This document shows, one piece after another, positions 35,962 to 45,089 of a DNA stretch of 64,000 nucleotides. Source of the stretch: Candidatus Woesebacteria bacterium (lineage in GTDB: Bacteria; Patescibacteriota; Microgenomatia; UBA8517); the NCBI GenBank assembly GCA_963716475.1, contig OY970314.1, forward strand, positions 354,981-418,980, read 5' to 3'. The position numbers and the translations under genes are program-made. The notes below the pieces were generated by a model. It was not told where the DNA came from. It saw only the letters and a program-made list of their open reading frames with translations, and did not search any database. Each line of letters begins with the position of its first letter. The first letter of the stretch is position 1.

Positions 35962-36174
35962 TTAACCTTTGAAGTTTAAATCTTGGGCAAGCTGAGGCAA
36001 ATCTATCTTGGGAAGTTTATCTGTTTCAGCAGCGTAAGTTTGTAAATCTATTTTACCTTCGAGGTAATCTGCAGTTAATTGCCTCAGACTTCTTTCACCC
36101 GCATCTATTTCTTCAACTGTAACTCGGTGTTTCAGTACACCGATTCTTTCCAGAAGTCTTTCAGGCATTTTCAC
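35962..36174 (-). CDS. hypothetical small protein
   Basis: 70-aa ORF just outside attR. Confidence 0.3.
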   Translation of the reverse strand: MKMPERLLERIGVLKHRVTVEEIDAGERSLRQLTADYLEGKIDLQTYAAETDKLPKIDLPQLAQDLNFKG

Positions 36175-36286
36175 AATATAGATAAATTATGGTTAAATTG
36201 CAAGTTTATTAAAACCACCCATATGCTCTCTCAATAATTTAACTTCTATAAATGAAAATCTTGAGAGTCTAAATTAATATTAGATT

Positions 36287-36565
36287 CTATTTCTCAGCTA
36301 AATTACCAGGAGCCTCGTTCTTTGGTTGCGCTTTTCTAATCTGAAGCGTAGCTGAATCGTATCCTTCACAAACTTCCCCATCGCCATCCGCTACTTCTCT
36401 AAACTTGTCGGGGTATTTTTTTGCCAACTCGTGACTTTTTTTAGCCGCATCCGTAGCAATGTTTGAATAGTGTTCTGTATCTGATATGGGCAGGAAAACA
36501 TCCCCCTCCAATCCGGGGTAAACACCCGGTTTAAACGAACACAACTGTTCTAAATGTGGTGCCAT
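36287..36565 (-). CDS. hypothetical small protein
   Basis: 92-aa ORF. Confidence 0.3.
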   Translation of the reverse strand: MAPHLEQLCSFKPGVYPGLEGDVFLPISDTEHYSNIATDAAKKSHELAKKYPDKFREVADGDGEVCEGYDSATLQIRKAQPKNEAPGNLAEK

Positions 36566-36628
36566 AATTATTTTTTCTTGAGTAGGTTTATATATACTTT
36601 AAAAGTAAAAATATATCAAGCCTTTCAC

Positions 36629-37417
36629 CTATTTATTTACCACAAAAAGTTCGTTTTTTCTGACGAAAGACTCTATAAGCTCTTTCAGAGGTGGATAAAT
36701 TAACTGTGTTCGATATTTCATAAGCGCACTATATTTAGCATTTTCAACATCGGACGTGAGAGGAAAACTCAACCACTGTTTTGAAAAATCAAGTAGTTTA
36801 ATCGGCGGCGTCACGTACAAATTCTTATTCAATTCCTTGGGTAAAGGAAAATTCGGAAAATGAACTAAGTAATAATAGATACTAGCTTTAATTTTTAAAT
36901 TTGAAATAACCGTCTCAGCATCTACACCTGTAGTTTTGTGATCGGGGTGCATGTCATTAATACTGGGGACGAGAATGATATTCGGGTGAACGAAAGTAAC
37001 TATATTTTTAAAGTAATTTTGCACTTGGCCTTGATTTACCTTTTCTAAATTTCCGTCCGGATAATTGAGATAAATCAAATTATTTTCAGAAACCCCAAGT
37101 GATGATGTAACTTTTGCAAACTCGTTATAACGAATCTTTTCCAAATGGTGTTTATTTCCATCCGTTACCAGTGTAATCCATACATTAGCACCCACTGAAG
37201 TGGCTGTCTTAATAAATCCACCAGCCGCAATTGTTTCGTCGTCAGGATGCGGGGAAAAAACCAAAATTGTATCCGTTTTTTTCGGTCCGGGAATAGTATT
37301 CAATAAATTGATACCTGTTTGCGGTACCGATTTATAATACCAAGTGTAAAAGACAGAATATCCTAAAGCCAGAATAGAAATACCAAGGAGAATCACCAAT
37401 TTTGTCTCTTTCTTCAT
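36629..37417 (-). CDS. LmbE/PIG-L family N-acetylglucosaminyl deacetylase, membrane-anchored
   Basis: FSPHPDDE and NDMHPDHKTTG (HxDH) PIG-L motifs. N-terminal TM helix. Confidence 0.6.
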   Translation of the reverse strand: MKKETKLVILLGISILALGYSVFYTWYYKSVPQTGINLLNTIPGPKKTDTILVFSPHPDDETIAAGGFIKTATSVGANVWITLVTDGNKHHLEKIRYNEFAKVTSSLGVSENNLIYLNYPDGNLEKVNQGQVQNYFKNIVTFVHPNIILVPSINDMHPDHKTTGVDAETVISNLKIKASIYYYLVHFPNFPLPKELNKNLYVTPPIKLLDFSKQWLSFPLTSDVENAKYSALMKYRTQLIYPPLKELIESFVRKNELFVVNK

Positions 37418-37445
37418 ACTTTCATTTTATGACAAATTAAGGGGA

Positions 37446-37491
37446 ATGGTAAGCGAAGCTTGGCCATTTCCAAACCGAAATGGTAAAATAC
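37446..37491 (+). promoter_or_regulatory. sigma70-type promoter for tRNA-Pro (upstream box GTAAGCGAAGC, -35 TTGGCC, 18 nt spacer, extended -10 TGGTAAAAT)
   Basis: ATGGTAAGCGAAGCTTGGCCATTTCCAAACCGAAATGGTAAAATACATATAT then the tRNA. Matches the module at 13047..13097 at 32 of 33 anchored positions. Confidence 0.55.
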
Positions 37492-37497
37492 ATATAT

Positions 37498-37570
37498 CGG
37501 AGTGTAGCGCAGTTGGTAGCGCGCCACGTTTGGGACGTGGAGGTCCCCGGTTCGATCCCGGGCACTCCGA
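37498..37570 (+). tRNA. tRNA-Pro(TGG)
   Basis: CGGAGTGTAGCGCAGTTGGTAGCGCGCCACGTTTGGGACGTGGAGGTCCCCGGTTCGATCCCGGGCACTCCGA. Anticodon loop TTTGGGA. Confidence 0.8.
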
Positions 37571-37653
37571 CTTAACAATGTTAAAACATACAAATAGTTA
37601 CCGATTTTCCCCGATCACGATTCCGGGCTAGTCTTCTATTATTTAATATTTAT

Positions 37654-38262
37654 ATGCAAGAAAATGAAGATTTTACTATTCAAAGAATTCCATTAAATAC
37701 CGAGTCATGGTGTGGGCATGCACTTATTCATTCGGCCGCAATTTCCTTTAATATTGCTCACGTTTGTCAAAAAGATCTCCACAATTATGTTTCCGACCCG
37801 AATTGGGGTACAGAAAAAGGTGAACTATACAAAATGGCCCGATCATTTTTACCAAAAGATCATATTTTGATGAAAGAGAATTGGTCTAAAGAAGACTTAG
37901 ACAAGCTTAACGAAAAAGCCAGAGTCGTGGTTATATTAGACACAACAGACATCCTTAAAAGAGTTTCAAATATAACAGGAAAAATAGTAAATGACGTAGA
38001 CGGACATTATATATCCTATTTAGGAAACGGTTTAATAATTGATCCGTCAGCCGAGGAAATTGTCGTCGGACCCGACACAGAGCCTGAAAATAAAGGGGTA
38101 ATTCTGACTGATTGTCCAAATATTTATTATCTATCTGATGAAATTTTAGAGAAAATTTGGTTTGACACCAATAAGAATGGCAGTATAAATAAACATTTAG
38201 CTTTGGTTATGCTTCATCCTGATGACGATCCTTCAATTCTCGAAGAATACCGAAAAAAATGA
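37654..38262 (+). CDS. papain-fold Cys peptidase, C39-like domain protein (paralog 1)
   Basis: ESWCGHALIHSAA (Cys) and DGHYISYLG (His) with a downstream IIDPS. Paralogous to 39197..39721. Confidence 0.45.
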   Translation: MQENEDFTIQRIPLNTESWCGHALIHSAAISFNIAHVCQKDLHNYVSDPNWGTEKGELYKMARSFLPKDHILMKENWSKEDLDKLNEKARVVVILDTTDILKRVSNITGKIVNDVDGHYISYLGNGLIIDPSAEEIVVGPDTEPENKGVILTDCPNIYYLSDEILEKIWFDTNKNGSINKHLALVMLHPDDDPSILEEYRKK

Positions 38263-38276
38263 TAAAATAGGCTTGC

Positions 38277-38347
38277 GCGGGATTAGTTAATCGGCTTAAC
38301 AACAGCTTTCCAAGCTGTGAAGAGGGGTTCGACTCCCCTATCCCGCT
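38277..38347 (+). tRNA. tRNA-Gly(TCC)
   Basis: GCGGGATTAGTTAATCGGCTTAACAACAGCTTTCCAAGCTGTGAAGAGGGGTTCGACTCCCCTATCCCGCT. Anticodon loop TTTCCAA. Confidence 0.8.
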
Positions 38348-38379
38348 CAAAAATCAGATTTTGAGGGGTCAAGCTTTGC

Positions 38380-38442
38380 TTATCCCGCTCTGAGTTTGAC
38401 GAAGAGGGGATATGAGCCTAGCGATTATTCCGCTCAAAATTT
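38380..38442 (+). repeat. two degenerate copies of the tRNA-Gly(TCC) 3' end (TTATCCCGCTC and TTATTCCGCTCAAAAT)
   Basis: Compare the tRNA end CTATCCCGCTCAAAAA at 38337..38352. Confidence 0.45.
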
Positions 38443-38445
38443 GAA

Positions 38446-39135
38446 TTACTGCGTTTTAGAGCTTCCTATGACCACCTGAATAGTATCCGCTGAAGAACTT
38501 GCAAGTGTCTGCGGCGAATCAACAACATAGGTTTTTCCAAGAGCACTCGATAGGGCTGCTATAAAAGCAGCGTCGACTGTGGACTGGGCTTTAATAATTG
38601 TCTTTGTATAATCGTATGTTGCGGCATTTGCCGTTGATCCGACTTTAAAACCGGCAGTTGTAAGCAATGTTTTGGCTTTCCCTGCTTCACCTGAAATTCC
38701 CGATCCGTTAAAAACACTGATTGAATATTTGGTTAAATCAACAGAGGCAGATGGCGTAGATGTTGTAAAGGGAACAGGGGATGGCTCCGATGTGGGAGTC
38801 GTGGTTCCTTCCTGGCCATAATTAACACCTCTTTGATAAAAAACAATACCTCCCAAAATTGCACCCAGGAGGAAAATTACGGGGATAATGATCCAAAGGA
38901 CGTTTAAAGAGGATTTTTTGATTTCGCGGGCACTGGTCTCTTTAACTACGTCGGTTTTCTTTTCTTCAACTTTATTTTCAGGTTCTGTTGTAATAGTATC
39001 TTTGGCAGCTTCATCCAGAATCTTTGGCTCAACAGTTTCGGCATGTTCCTTAACCTCTTCCTTTGAAACTTCGTCTGATTTAATTTCCTCAACAACCATT
39101 CTTCTTCTTTCATTAGATTCACCTTTATTTGGCAT
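38446..39135 (-). CDS. membrane-anchored LytR_C domain protein
   Basis: Charged N-terminus and a TM helix. C-terminal ISVFNGSGISGEAGKAKTLLTTAGFKV resembles the LytR_C pattern. Confidence 0.5.
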   Translation of the reverse strand: MPNKGESNERRRMVVEEIKSDEVSKEEVKEHAETVEPKILDEAAKDTITTEPENKVEEKKTDVVKETSAREIKKSSLNVLWIIIPVIFLLGAILGGIVFYQRGVNYGQEGTTTPTSEPSPVPFTTSTPSASVDLTKYSISVFNGSGISGEAGKAKTLLTTAGFKVGSTANAATYDYTKTIIKAQSTVDAAFIAALSSALGKTYVVDSPQTLASSSADTIQVVIGSSKTQ

Positions 39136-39196
39136 CGATAGAATTAGTATATAAAAAAATCTTCTGTAATAGCAATATGGATGTTATAATTTACGT

Positions 39197-39721
39197 ATGC
39201 AAATCAGTATTAACGAATGGAAGAAATTCCATAAATTCCAAGAAAAACCGGGTTGGTGCGGACCGGCTGTAATACAAATTGCGCTTAACGCCTGCGGTAT
39301 TAATAAAACCCAAAAAGATATAGCAAAAGAAGTATATAAAGACTGGTGGGGTACAACTCAACAAATCATGCTTGCGTACTTAAGCAGGTTTTTCAAAATT
39401 GTTAACTATAAGCATAACGCAACTATGAAAGATATTTCCCTTCATTTAAAAAAGGGGCATATCGTAATTCTGGATTGGTGGGACAATATTGATAAGGAAG
39501 ATGAACCGGGAGGTCATTATTCGATAGTCGGAAACTATGATTATAAATTGAAAGGGTTGACTCTCGTGGACCCTTCAAATGGTCGTCCCGGAATCTGGAC
39601 AATTTCCGACAAAGAATTCAATAAAAACTGGTATGATACTTTAGACGTTCACGATAGAACCTGGATTGACGGCTGGATGCTTTGGATTGATCCCTCTTCC
39701 AAAATAATCTTAAAAAAATAA
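39197..39721 (+). CDS. papain-fold Cys peptidase, C39-like domain protein (paralog 2)
   Basis: GWCGPAVIQIAL (Cys) and GGHYSIVGNYD (His) with LVDPS. Confidence 0.5.
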   Translation: MQISINEWKKFHKFQEKPGWCGPAVIQIALNACGINKTQKDIAKEVYKDWWGTTQQIMLAYLSRFFKIVNYKHNATMKDISLHLKKGHIVILDWWDNIDKEDEPGGHYSIVGNYDYKLKGLTLVDPSNGRPGIWTISDKEFNKNWYDTLDVHDRTWIDGWMLWIDPSSKIILKK

Positions 39722-39771
39722 CCAACTCAGTTTCTTTTAAGCAAATAGATATATAATTCTGGCCTTCATAT

Positions 39772-40032
39772 ATGGAGGAACGTATAAAAATAGATATTCA
39801 AGAGTGTGAGACATGTACCCGGAATGATTGCCGCGCTAAAAATTTTGTTAAATGGCTACGATCCCCCGAAAGAGATTTGCCCACTGATTTGCCCAAACTG
39901 TCAGAGGATGTTCGTGCATTTTTAGGAAATAAAAATATCGGGAGCAGAGTAACACAAAGTGAGGAATCTATTATCGTCGATGTAAATAACCGCTGTAGCG
40001 CCAGAATCACCTTAACTCCCATAAACGAATAA
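39772..40032 (+). CDS. hypothetical protein
   Basis: 86-aa ORF with CxxC near the N-terminus. Confidence 0.3.
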   Translation: MEERIKIDIQECETCTRNDCRAKNFVKWLRSPERDLPTDLPKLSEDVRAFLGNKNIGSRVTQSEESIIVDVNNRCSARITLTPINE

Positions 40033-40038
40033 GCAATC

Positions 40039-40425
40039 TTGCTTTGCCGTATAAATTGTCTTTTTTATATAAATTGGTTAGAATTAATTATGCCGATAAT
40101 CCCAGACTTTTCTTTTATATACAAAGCCTCTTACTTCATAATGGCCATTCCCACAATTTTGGTTATCATAGTATCAATTCTTTCTTCCAAAGAAATGGGT
40201 GGGACTCTTGGTAATGGGTTAAAAAAAATCGCTACCGGTACTATCGTAGATTCCATTTTAATCGCAACTTTTATTTTTTGGGAAAGGGGGGCTCAAGGAA
40301 TTATTGATGAGAATGTTATGAAATACTTTTTCCTGGCTTCAGGAATCTTCGCTTCAACATTCCTAATTATTGGTTTTTACCAGATCTACGAGATTACTAA
40401 AAGGTTAAAACTTTCCAGCCCTTAA
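40039..40425 (+). CDS. hypothetical membrane protein (4 TM)
   Basis: Hydrophobic profile only. Confidence 0.35.
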   Translation: MLCRINCLFYINWLELIMPIIPDFSFIYKASYFIMAIPTILVIIVSILSSKEMGGTLGNGLKKIATGTIVDSILIATFIFWERGAQGIIDENVMKYFFLASGIFASTFLIIGFYQIYEITKRLKLSSP

Positions 40426-40439
40426 GAAAGGAGATATTC

Positions 40440-40727
40440 TCAGCCTTGGACTTTACTATTAGTGATTTCGTCTCTCATCTTTTTACAGTTTTCGCAGAGC
40501 TCTTCTTTGTTAGCTAAAGTAATTTTTTCCTCCTCCGCTTTATCAATAGATATCCAGCCCCCCATACCAAATTTTTTATCTCCAAGATAGATATCAACCC
40601 TTCCTACATGTCCACGTTGTATACCTAAGCTTTCTATCCCGGGACAAGGAACCCAAAACCGTGAACCAATGGGTAACTCGGCATAATACTTTTCGTCTTC
40701 TTCCGTTGAAGGTTGTATCAATTTCAT
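40440..40727 (-). CDS. hypothetical protein
   Basis: 95-aa ORF with CENCKK near the C-terminus. Confidence 0.3.
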   Translation of the reverse strand: MKLIQPSTEEDEKYYAELPIGSRFWVPCPGIESLGIQRGHVGRVDIYLGDKKFGMGGWISIDKAEEEKITLANKEELCENCKKMRDEITNSKVQG

Positions 40728-40744
40728 TTAAGTTAAATCGTTTG

Positions 40745-40818
40745 GGTGGGCAAGGCGATTCGAACGCCCAACCTCCTCCTCCACAGGGAGGCGCTCTAAC
40801 CGTTGAGCTATGCCCACC
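40745..40818 (-). tRNA. tRNA-His(GTG) with encoded G-1
   Basis: Reverse complement GGTGGGCATAGCTCAACGGTTAGAGCGCCTCCCTGTGGAGGAGG...TTCGAATCGCCTTGCCCACCC. Anticodon loop CTGTGGA. Confidence 0.8.
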
Positions 40819-40993
40819 GCGTCGAAGTAAACTTTGCTTTTCGAATTAGGCTCACTAAGAGCTAATTCTTTGCGCTTCATTACTTCTCCTTTCAAAATCC
40901 TCCGGATTTTGTGAAAGGATAAAGCTATTTTATCACGATACTCAGCTAAATTCTCAGCCCCAGTCTAATTTAATCTGGTATAATCGTGAAGGT

Positions 40994-41686
40994 ATGAAAG
41001 ACTATTTTATGAGAAATAAAGTTTTTATAATTGTTATTTTGGCTACAGCATTGCTTCTGTTTGGTGGAATTTTTCTTTTTAGTAAAGGAGGAAATTCCAA
41101 TGTATCCACAAATATTGTAAATTCCTCACTTCTGGTTCCTCAAAACGCTATTGAAACCTCCGGCTTTGTCAACGGCAACTACTTGCCCGCCTCTTCATCC
41201 GCATCCGTGACTCTTGTCGAATTCGGGGACTATGAGTGTCCGGCATGCGGCGTGTATAGCCCGTTTGTACAACAACTGCTAACTGATTTCGCAGGGAAAA
41301 TTAATTACGTTTTCAGAAATTATCCTCTTTCACAACATACAAACGCATTAATTTCGTCATACGCAGTCGAGGCTGCAGGACTCCAGGGAAAATATTGGCA
41401 GATGCATGAAAAAATGTATAGCGCTCAATCTGACTGGTCCAATCTAAGCGACCCCACCAGTGTGTTTATTGGTTACGCAAAAGACCTGAGCCTAGATACT
41501 AACCAATTTTCATCCGATATAAACTCATCAACCGTTAAAAATATGGTACAAAATGATACAAACGACGGTAATACGATAGGAATTACCGAAACTCCTACCT
41601 TTTATTTAAACGGGCAAAAAATAACTCTTGCAGGGTCGTACGATCAACTGAAGAGTCTTATAGAGTCCGCCCTGGCGGGAAAATAA
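40994..41686 (+). CDS. DsbA-like thioredoxin-fold thiol:disulfide oxidoreductase, membrane-anchored
   Basis: TM anchor and the CPAC active-site motif in EFGDYECPACGVYSP. Confidence 0.7.
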   Translation: MKDYFMRNKVFIIVILATALLLFGGIFLFSKGGNSNVSTNIVNSSLLVPQNAIETSGFVNGNYLPASSSASVTLVEFGDYECPACGVYSPFVQQLLTDFAGKINYVFRNYPLSQHTNALISSYAVEAAGLQGKYWQMHEKMYSAQSDWSNLSDPTSVFIGYAKDLSLDTNQFSSDINSSTVKNMVQNDTNDGNTIGITETPTFYLNGQKITLAGSYDQLKSLIESALAGK

Positions 41687-41698
41687 GGTCTCAATTCA

Positions 41699-43024
41699 TT
41701 ACTTTCTGCTGATTATGTAAGTAGTCGGGTAATAGAGGAAGGCAGCAGGTGAATCCTCGACTAAAAATCTTTGAAAGTCAAAATAGATCTTTTTCCTCGC
41801 ATCGGTATTAATTTCACTTCTGCCGTCCTCCAGGAGCTTATCTATTCTGGGGTTTTGGTAACGCGTAATGTTTGTTGCTGTCTGAGTAGAATGCCACATC
41901 GAATATTGATCGGGGTCATCAGGTATGTCAAATATGGCTAAAAAAGCCTGGTAATCTGAGGGAACTTGAGAAATGACCTGTAAATTCACATTCACCCCCA
42001 CAGCCTGCCAATCCTTGGCAATTATTTCAGCAGTTGATAGAAGTATGGGAGTCGTTGAAAGATTAACGGTAACATCAGAAAGTTTTGCACTGGTTTTATA
42101 ATCATCTATCATGGTTTTTGCTTTTACCGGATCGTAATCGTAAGGCTTAACTTGTGGGTTGTAAGCCCAAGAATCTATAGAAATCGGCCCGATAGCCCTT
42201 TCTCCACCCAAAATGCTTTTGTCTATAGCATAAGAAAGCGCCTGCCGGATATTCTTTTCCTGAAGCAACTTATCCTGAGTATTGAAAAAAACTCCTACAT
42301 ATTGTCCCGTACTGGATAGCTGCGTAATTTTCATCTTTCCCCAGGAATCAAACGGAGAAGGATTTAAAACATCTGAGATCTGATCAACGTCCCCCAGCTC
42401 CAGGGCCAGTTTGGTCTTTTCCTCAGTAGGATTAAATTTGTAGATAATGGTTTTTCCGTTCTTATTTTTCATAGCAATCTGTTCTACAACTGAACCGTTT
42501 AATGAAATATTTGTCACTCTGTATTCCCCGGTACCCAAAAGGCCGGATTTAAAGGCTGGTTTCGAAACTACAGTAGGAAATGCTGAATAAGCATTTTGAA
42601 GCTTGAAGGTTATGGTTTTATCATCGGGGCGTTCTATCGTAACATCAGAGAACTGATATAGTATTCCCGAACTCACGACCTTTTTGCCATCCTGCCAATA
42701 AAGATTGTCTTTTAGAGTGAATGACCAGGTTTTCCCCTTATCGGGGGTCTCCCAGGAGGCTGCTAAATCAGGTTCAACATTTCCGCTCGCATCAAGTTTT
42801 GTTAACCCGTCTCCGACAAGATCAAGAATAGAACTAGGCAAACTTGATAAAGTATAACGGCCAGTCATTCCAATCCTGACGGATTGCGACTCAACCAGAA
42901 GAGGTAGTGAATATTTAAGAAAAAAGAAGAATGCTACCCCCAAACTGATGCTTACTATTATTAAAAATTTAAATCGGGACATAAACGCTCCGATTAGTCG
43001 CACTATGTAGCGGAGATTTAACAT
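41699..43024 (-). CDS. ABC transporter substrate-binding protein, family 5 (oligopeptide/nickel type)
   Basis: DLAASWETPDKGKTWSFTLKDNLYWQDGKKV pattern. N-terminal TM/signal segment. Confidence 0.55.
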   Translation of the reverse strand: MLNLRYIVRLIGAFMSRFKFLIIVSISLGVAFFFFLKYSLPLLVESQSVRIGMTGRYTLSSLPSSILDLVGDGLTKLDASGNVEPDLAASWETPDKGKTWSFTLKDNLYWQDGKKVVSSGILYQFSDVTIERPDDKTITFKLQNAYSAFPTVVSKPAFKSGLLGTGEYRVTNISLNGSVVEQIAMKNKNGKTIIYKFNPTEEKTKLALELGDVDQISDVLNPSPFDSWGKMKITQLSSTGQYVGVFFNTQDKLLQEKNIRQALSYAIDKSILGGERAIGPISIDSWAYNPQVKPYDYDPVKAKTMIDDYKTSAKLSDVTVNLSTTPILLSTAEIIAKDWQAVGVNVNLQVISQVPSDYQAFLAIFDIPDDPDQYSMWHSTQTATNITRYQNPRIDKLLEDGRSEINTDARKKIYFDFQRFLVEDSPAAFLYYPTTYIISRK

Positions 43025-43030
43025 TAATAA

Positions 43031-43246
43031 TTAAATAACGAGTTGCAGTAGCGAAATGACCACAAAAACTATAGCAAAAACGAAAGTTGACCTGAAAATA
43101 AGTTTTTCAAGTCCACGTCTGCTAAAAGAAGTGCCTCCCCCGAAGCTTCCGGATCTTCCGAAACCCGTCCCTCTGGCCTGAATAAGGATCAACCCGATGA
43201 GAATGATCGAAGAAAGTATCTGCATGAATGTCAAAATTTGCTTCAT
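43031..43246 (-). CDS. secG: preprotein translocase subunit SecG
   Basis: 71 aa. N-terminal TM helix. QARGTGFGRSGSFGGGTSFSRRGLEKLIFR fits the SecG Gly-rich loop. Second TM follows. Confidence 0.7.
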   Translation of the reverse strand: MKQILTFMQILSSIILIGLILIQARGTGFGRSGSFGGGTSFSRRGLEKLIFRSTFVFAIVFVVISLLQLVI

Positions 43247-43295
43247 ATCTAGTTATTATACCTTATTTACCGGGGTTTTGACTGTCCAAGCTCCG

Positions 43296-43697
43296 CTACT
43301 TGAGGATCCAATACCCTATGGAAGCAACCATTGAAATAAGAAAAGAAAATGCTATAAAAGCGAATATCCCCGAAAGGGAAATTCCCGGAATAATAAACCA
43401 GTAGGAAGAAAAACCCTTAAAAACAAAATCCATAAGTTTAAACCCGGGTACAATTAACGTAACTATATACAAAGTAATTGCAAACCCCGCCCACCTGAAA
43501 AGTCCGAAGGTTATAAGGTTAATAGGTAAAAGAAGGATATTGATAATGGGTCTGATTATAAGTGATGTAAGTGTTAGAACTATTCCGGCCAAAAGAACGG
43601 AATATGTGCCTTCTGCAAAAACGATTCCGGAAACCACTAAAGAAACCACATAAAGAGAGGCCGTGTTAATAATGAAGTGCTTTAAGACAGTCTTCAC
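43296..43697 (-). CDS. DUF360/phage_holin_4_2 family 4-TM membrane protein
   Basis: IIRPIINILLLPINLITFGLFRWAGFAITLYIV matches the family signature. Confidence 0.45.
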   Translation of the reverse strand: MKTVLKHFIINTASLYVVSLVVSGIVFAEGTYSVLLAGIVLTLTSLIIRPIINILLLPINLITFGLFRWAGFAITLYIVTLIVPGFKLMDFVFKGFSSYWFIIPGISLSGIFAFIAFSFLISMVASIGYWILK

Positions 43698-43736
43698 AAA
43701 AACAGTATATGCAGATTTGAAAGATATTTACAAATA

Positions 43737-45089
43737 TCAATTAACTAATGACCTTGAAATTAACTTGTGGTGGTAAGCTCTTGCAAACCTGTGTGCTTCG
43801 TCACGAACACGTGATACTAAATGTAAAACATTTCCCTCAAGCTTAATCTTTTGGTCTCCGATAATAAGTCTATCAGGGTTCTTGGCAATTCCCACCACCG
43901 GAATATTTAATTTATTCATATAAATTATTTTTTTAAAAGTATTCACTTGGGCAACACTTCCGTCTACGATTACCAGGTCGGGAATTCCCCAGTCATCTAA
44001 ATGCCTTAGCCTCCTCGTCATCACTTCCCTTAAAGAATCCACATCACTCCCTCCCTTTTTTTGCCTGATTCTAAAATGCCTGTAAAAATTTTTATCCGCT
44101 TCAGCGTCAATATAGGTAACCATGGATGCCGTAGGTTTCGTCCCCGCCAGATGGGCAATATCGAAGCATTCCACTCTTCGTAGGTTTTCTATGGTTATCC
44201 CGCATTTTGAAAGTATTTTACTTAATTCCCTAACCTCCTTTAGCCGCATATCTTCATACAAATTAGGGTTTTGCATATAAAAATCCGTAGGCATACGCGG
44301 CTGGGTTATATAATCTAAAGCATTAATTTTATTCCTAAGTACTCCGGCTTCCTCAAATTTTTCATCCAGTGAACATTTTTCCATTTCTCTTGTTAGTTCT
44401 CTTCTTACGCCATCAAATTTTGCCGAAAGTACGGCTTTAACCCTGCTTATATTTTTCAAGTATTCTTTTCTTTTCATATTTTTTAACTGCGCATCCTTAA
44501 TTCTTTCTATTTCGGAAGGGCATGGATGGCAAAGCCCTATATGGGAATAAAGGCAGGCTCTGCTTCCCAATTTATGATCTGAATAGGGGAAAATTCGTCT
44601 AAGCATTTTCAGGACAGAGCGGACGTTCCGGGAAGAAGGGAATGGTCCGTAAAACGCCAAGTTTTTTTGATTTTCGGCAATTTTTCTGGCTGTAATTACC
44701 CGGGGATAAGTTTCCTTGGTAATTTGAATATAAAGCGGGTGTTTATCATCTTTGGCTGCAATATTGTATTTGGGTAGATATATGCGAATTAATCTGGCTT
44801 CCAAGAGGAGGGCCTCAAGTTCCGAAGTGACTTGAATATACGACATTTCCTGTGCTTCTCCTATCATTTTCGAGGTTTTTATTTCCAAATCCAGATCGAA
44901 ATATGATGAAACCCTTCTTTTCAGGTTTATTGCTTTTCCGATATAAATAGGTAATCCATCTTTAAAAAAAACATATATGCCTGCACCTTCAGGAAGTTTC
45001 CTGTAGAACTTAGGGACTATTTTTATTTTCGGCAGTTTTTCCATTAAATCTTTCATAAACTTTTCGTCCGACAGTCGCAATTGTAGCAA
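43737..45089 (-). CDS. uvrC: excinuclease ABC subunit C, short form lacking the C-terminal HhH region
   Basis: GIY-YIG AGIYVFFKDGLPIYIGKAINLKRRVSSYF and the endonuclease domain ECFDIAHL...VRDEAHRFA. True start probably an internal Met (MKDL or MEKL), which reduces the overlap with the upstream gene. Confidence 0.8.
   Translation of the reverse strand: MLQLRLSDEKFMKDLMEKLPKIKIVPKFYRKLPEGAGIYVFFKDGLPIYIGKAINLKRRVSSYFDLDLEIKTSKMIGEAQEMSYIQVTSELEALLLEARLIRIYLPKYNIAAKDDKHPLYIQITKETYPRVITARKIAENQKNLAFYGPFPSSRNVRSVLKMLRRIFPYSDHKLGSRACLYSHIGLCHPCPSEIERIKDAQLKNMKRKEYLKNISRVKAVLSAKFDGVRRELTREMEKCSLDEKFEEAGVLRNKINALDYITQPRMPTDFYMQNPNLYEDMRLKEVRELSKILSKCGITIENLRRVECFDIAHLAGTKPTASMVTYIDAEADKNFYRHFRIRQKKGGSDVDSLREVMTRRLRHLDDWGIPDLVIVDGSVAQVNTFKKIIYMNKLNIPVVGIAKNPDRLIIGDQKIKLEGNVLHLVSRVRDEAHRFARAYHHKLISRSLVN

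Noticed and set aside
37571-37640. Possible partial copy of the tRNA-Pro 3' end (GATTCCGGGC versus GATCCCGGGCAC) downstream of the tRNA
   Set aside because: Only about 10 of 12 matches over a GC-rich decamer. Not distinguishable from chance.
40745-40880. Small ORF with a strong AAGGAG Shine-Dalgarno (ATG at 40880, minus strand) reading straight through tRNA-His
   Set aside because: About 53 codons, more than half encoded by the tRNA itself, with no His-codon run or leader-peptide features. Most likely a chance ORF. The Shine-Dalgarno-like GGAGG may belong to the tRNA promoter region.
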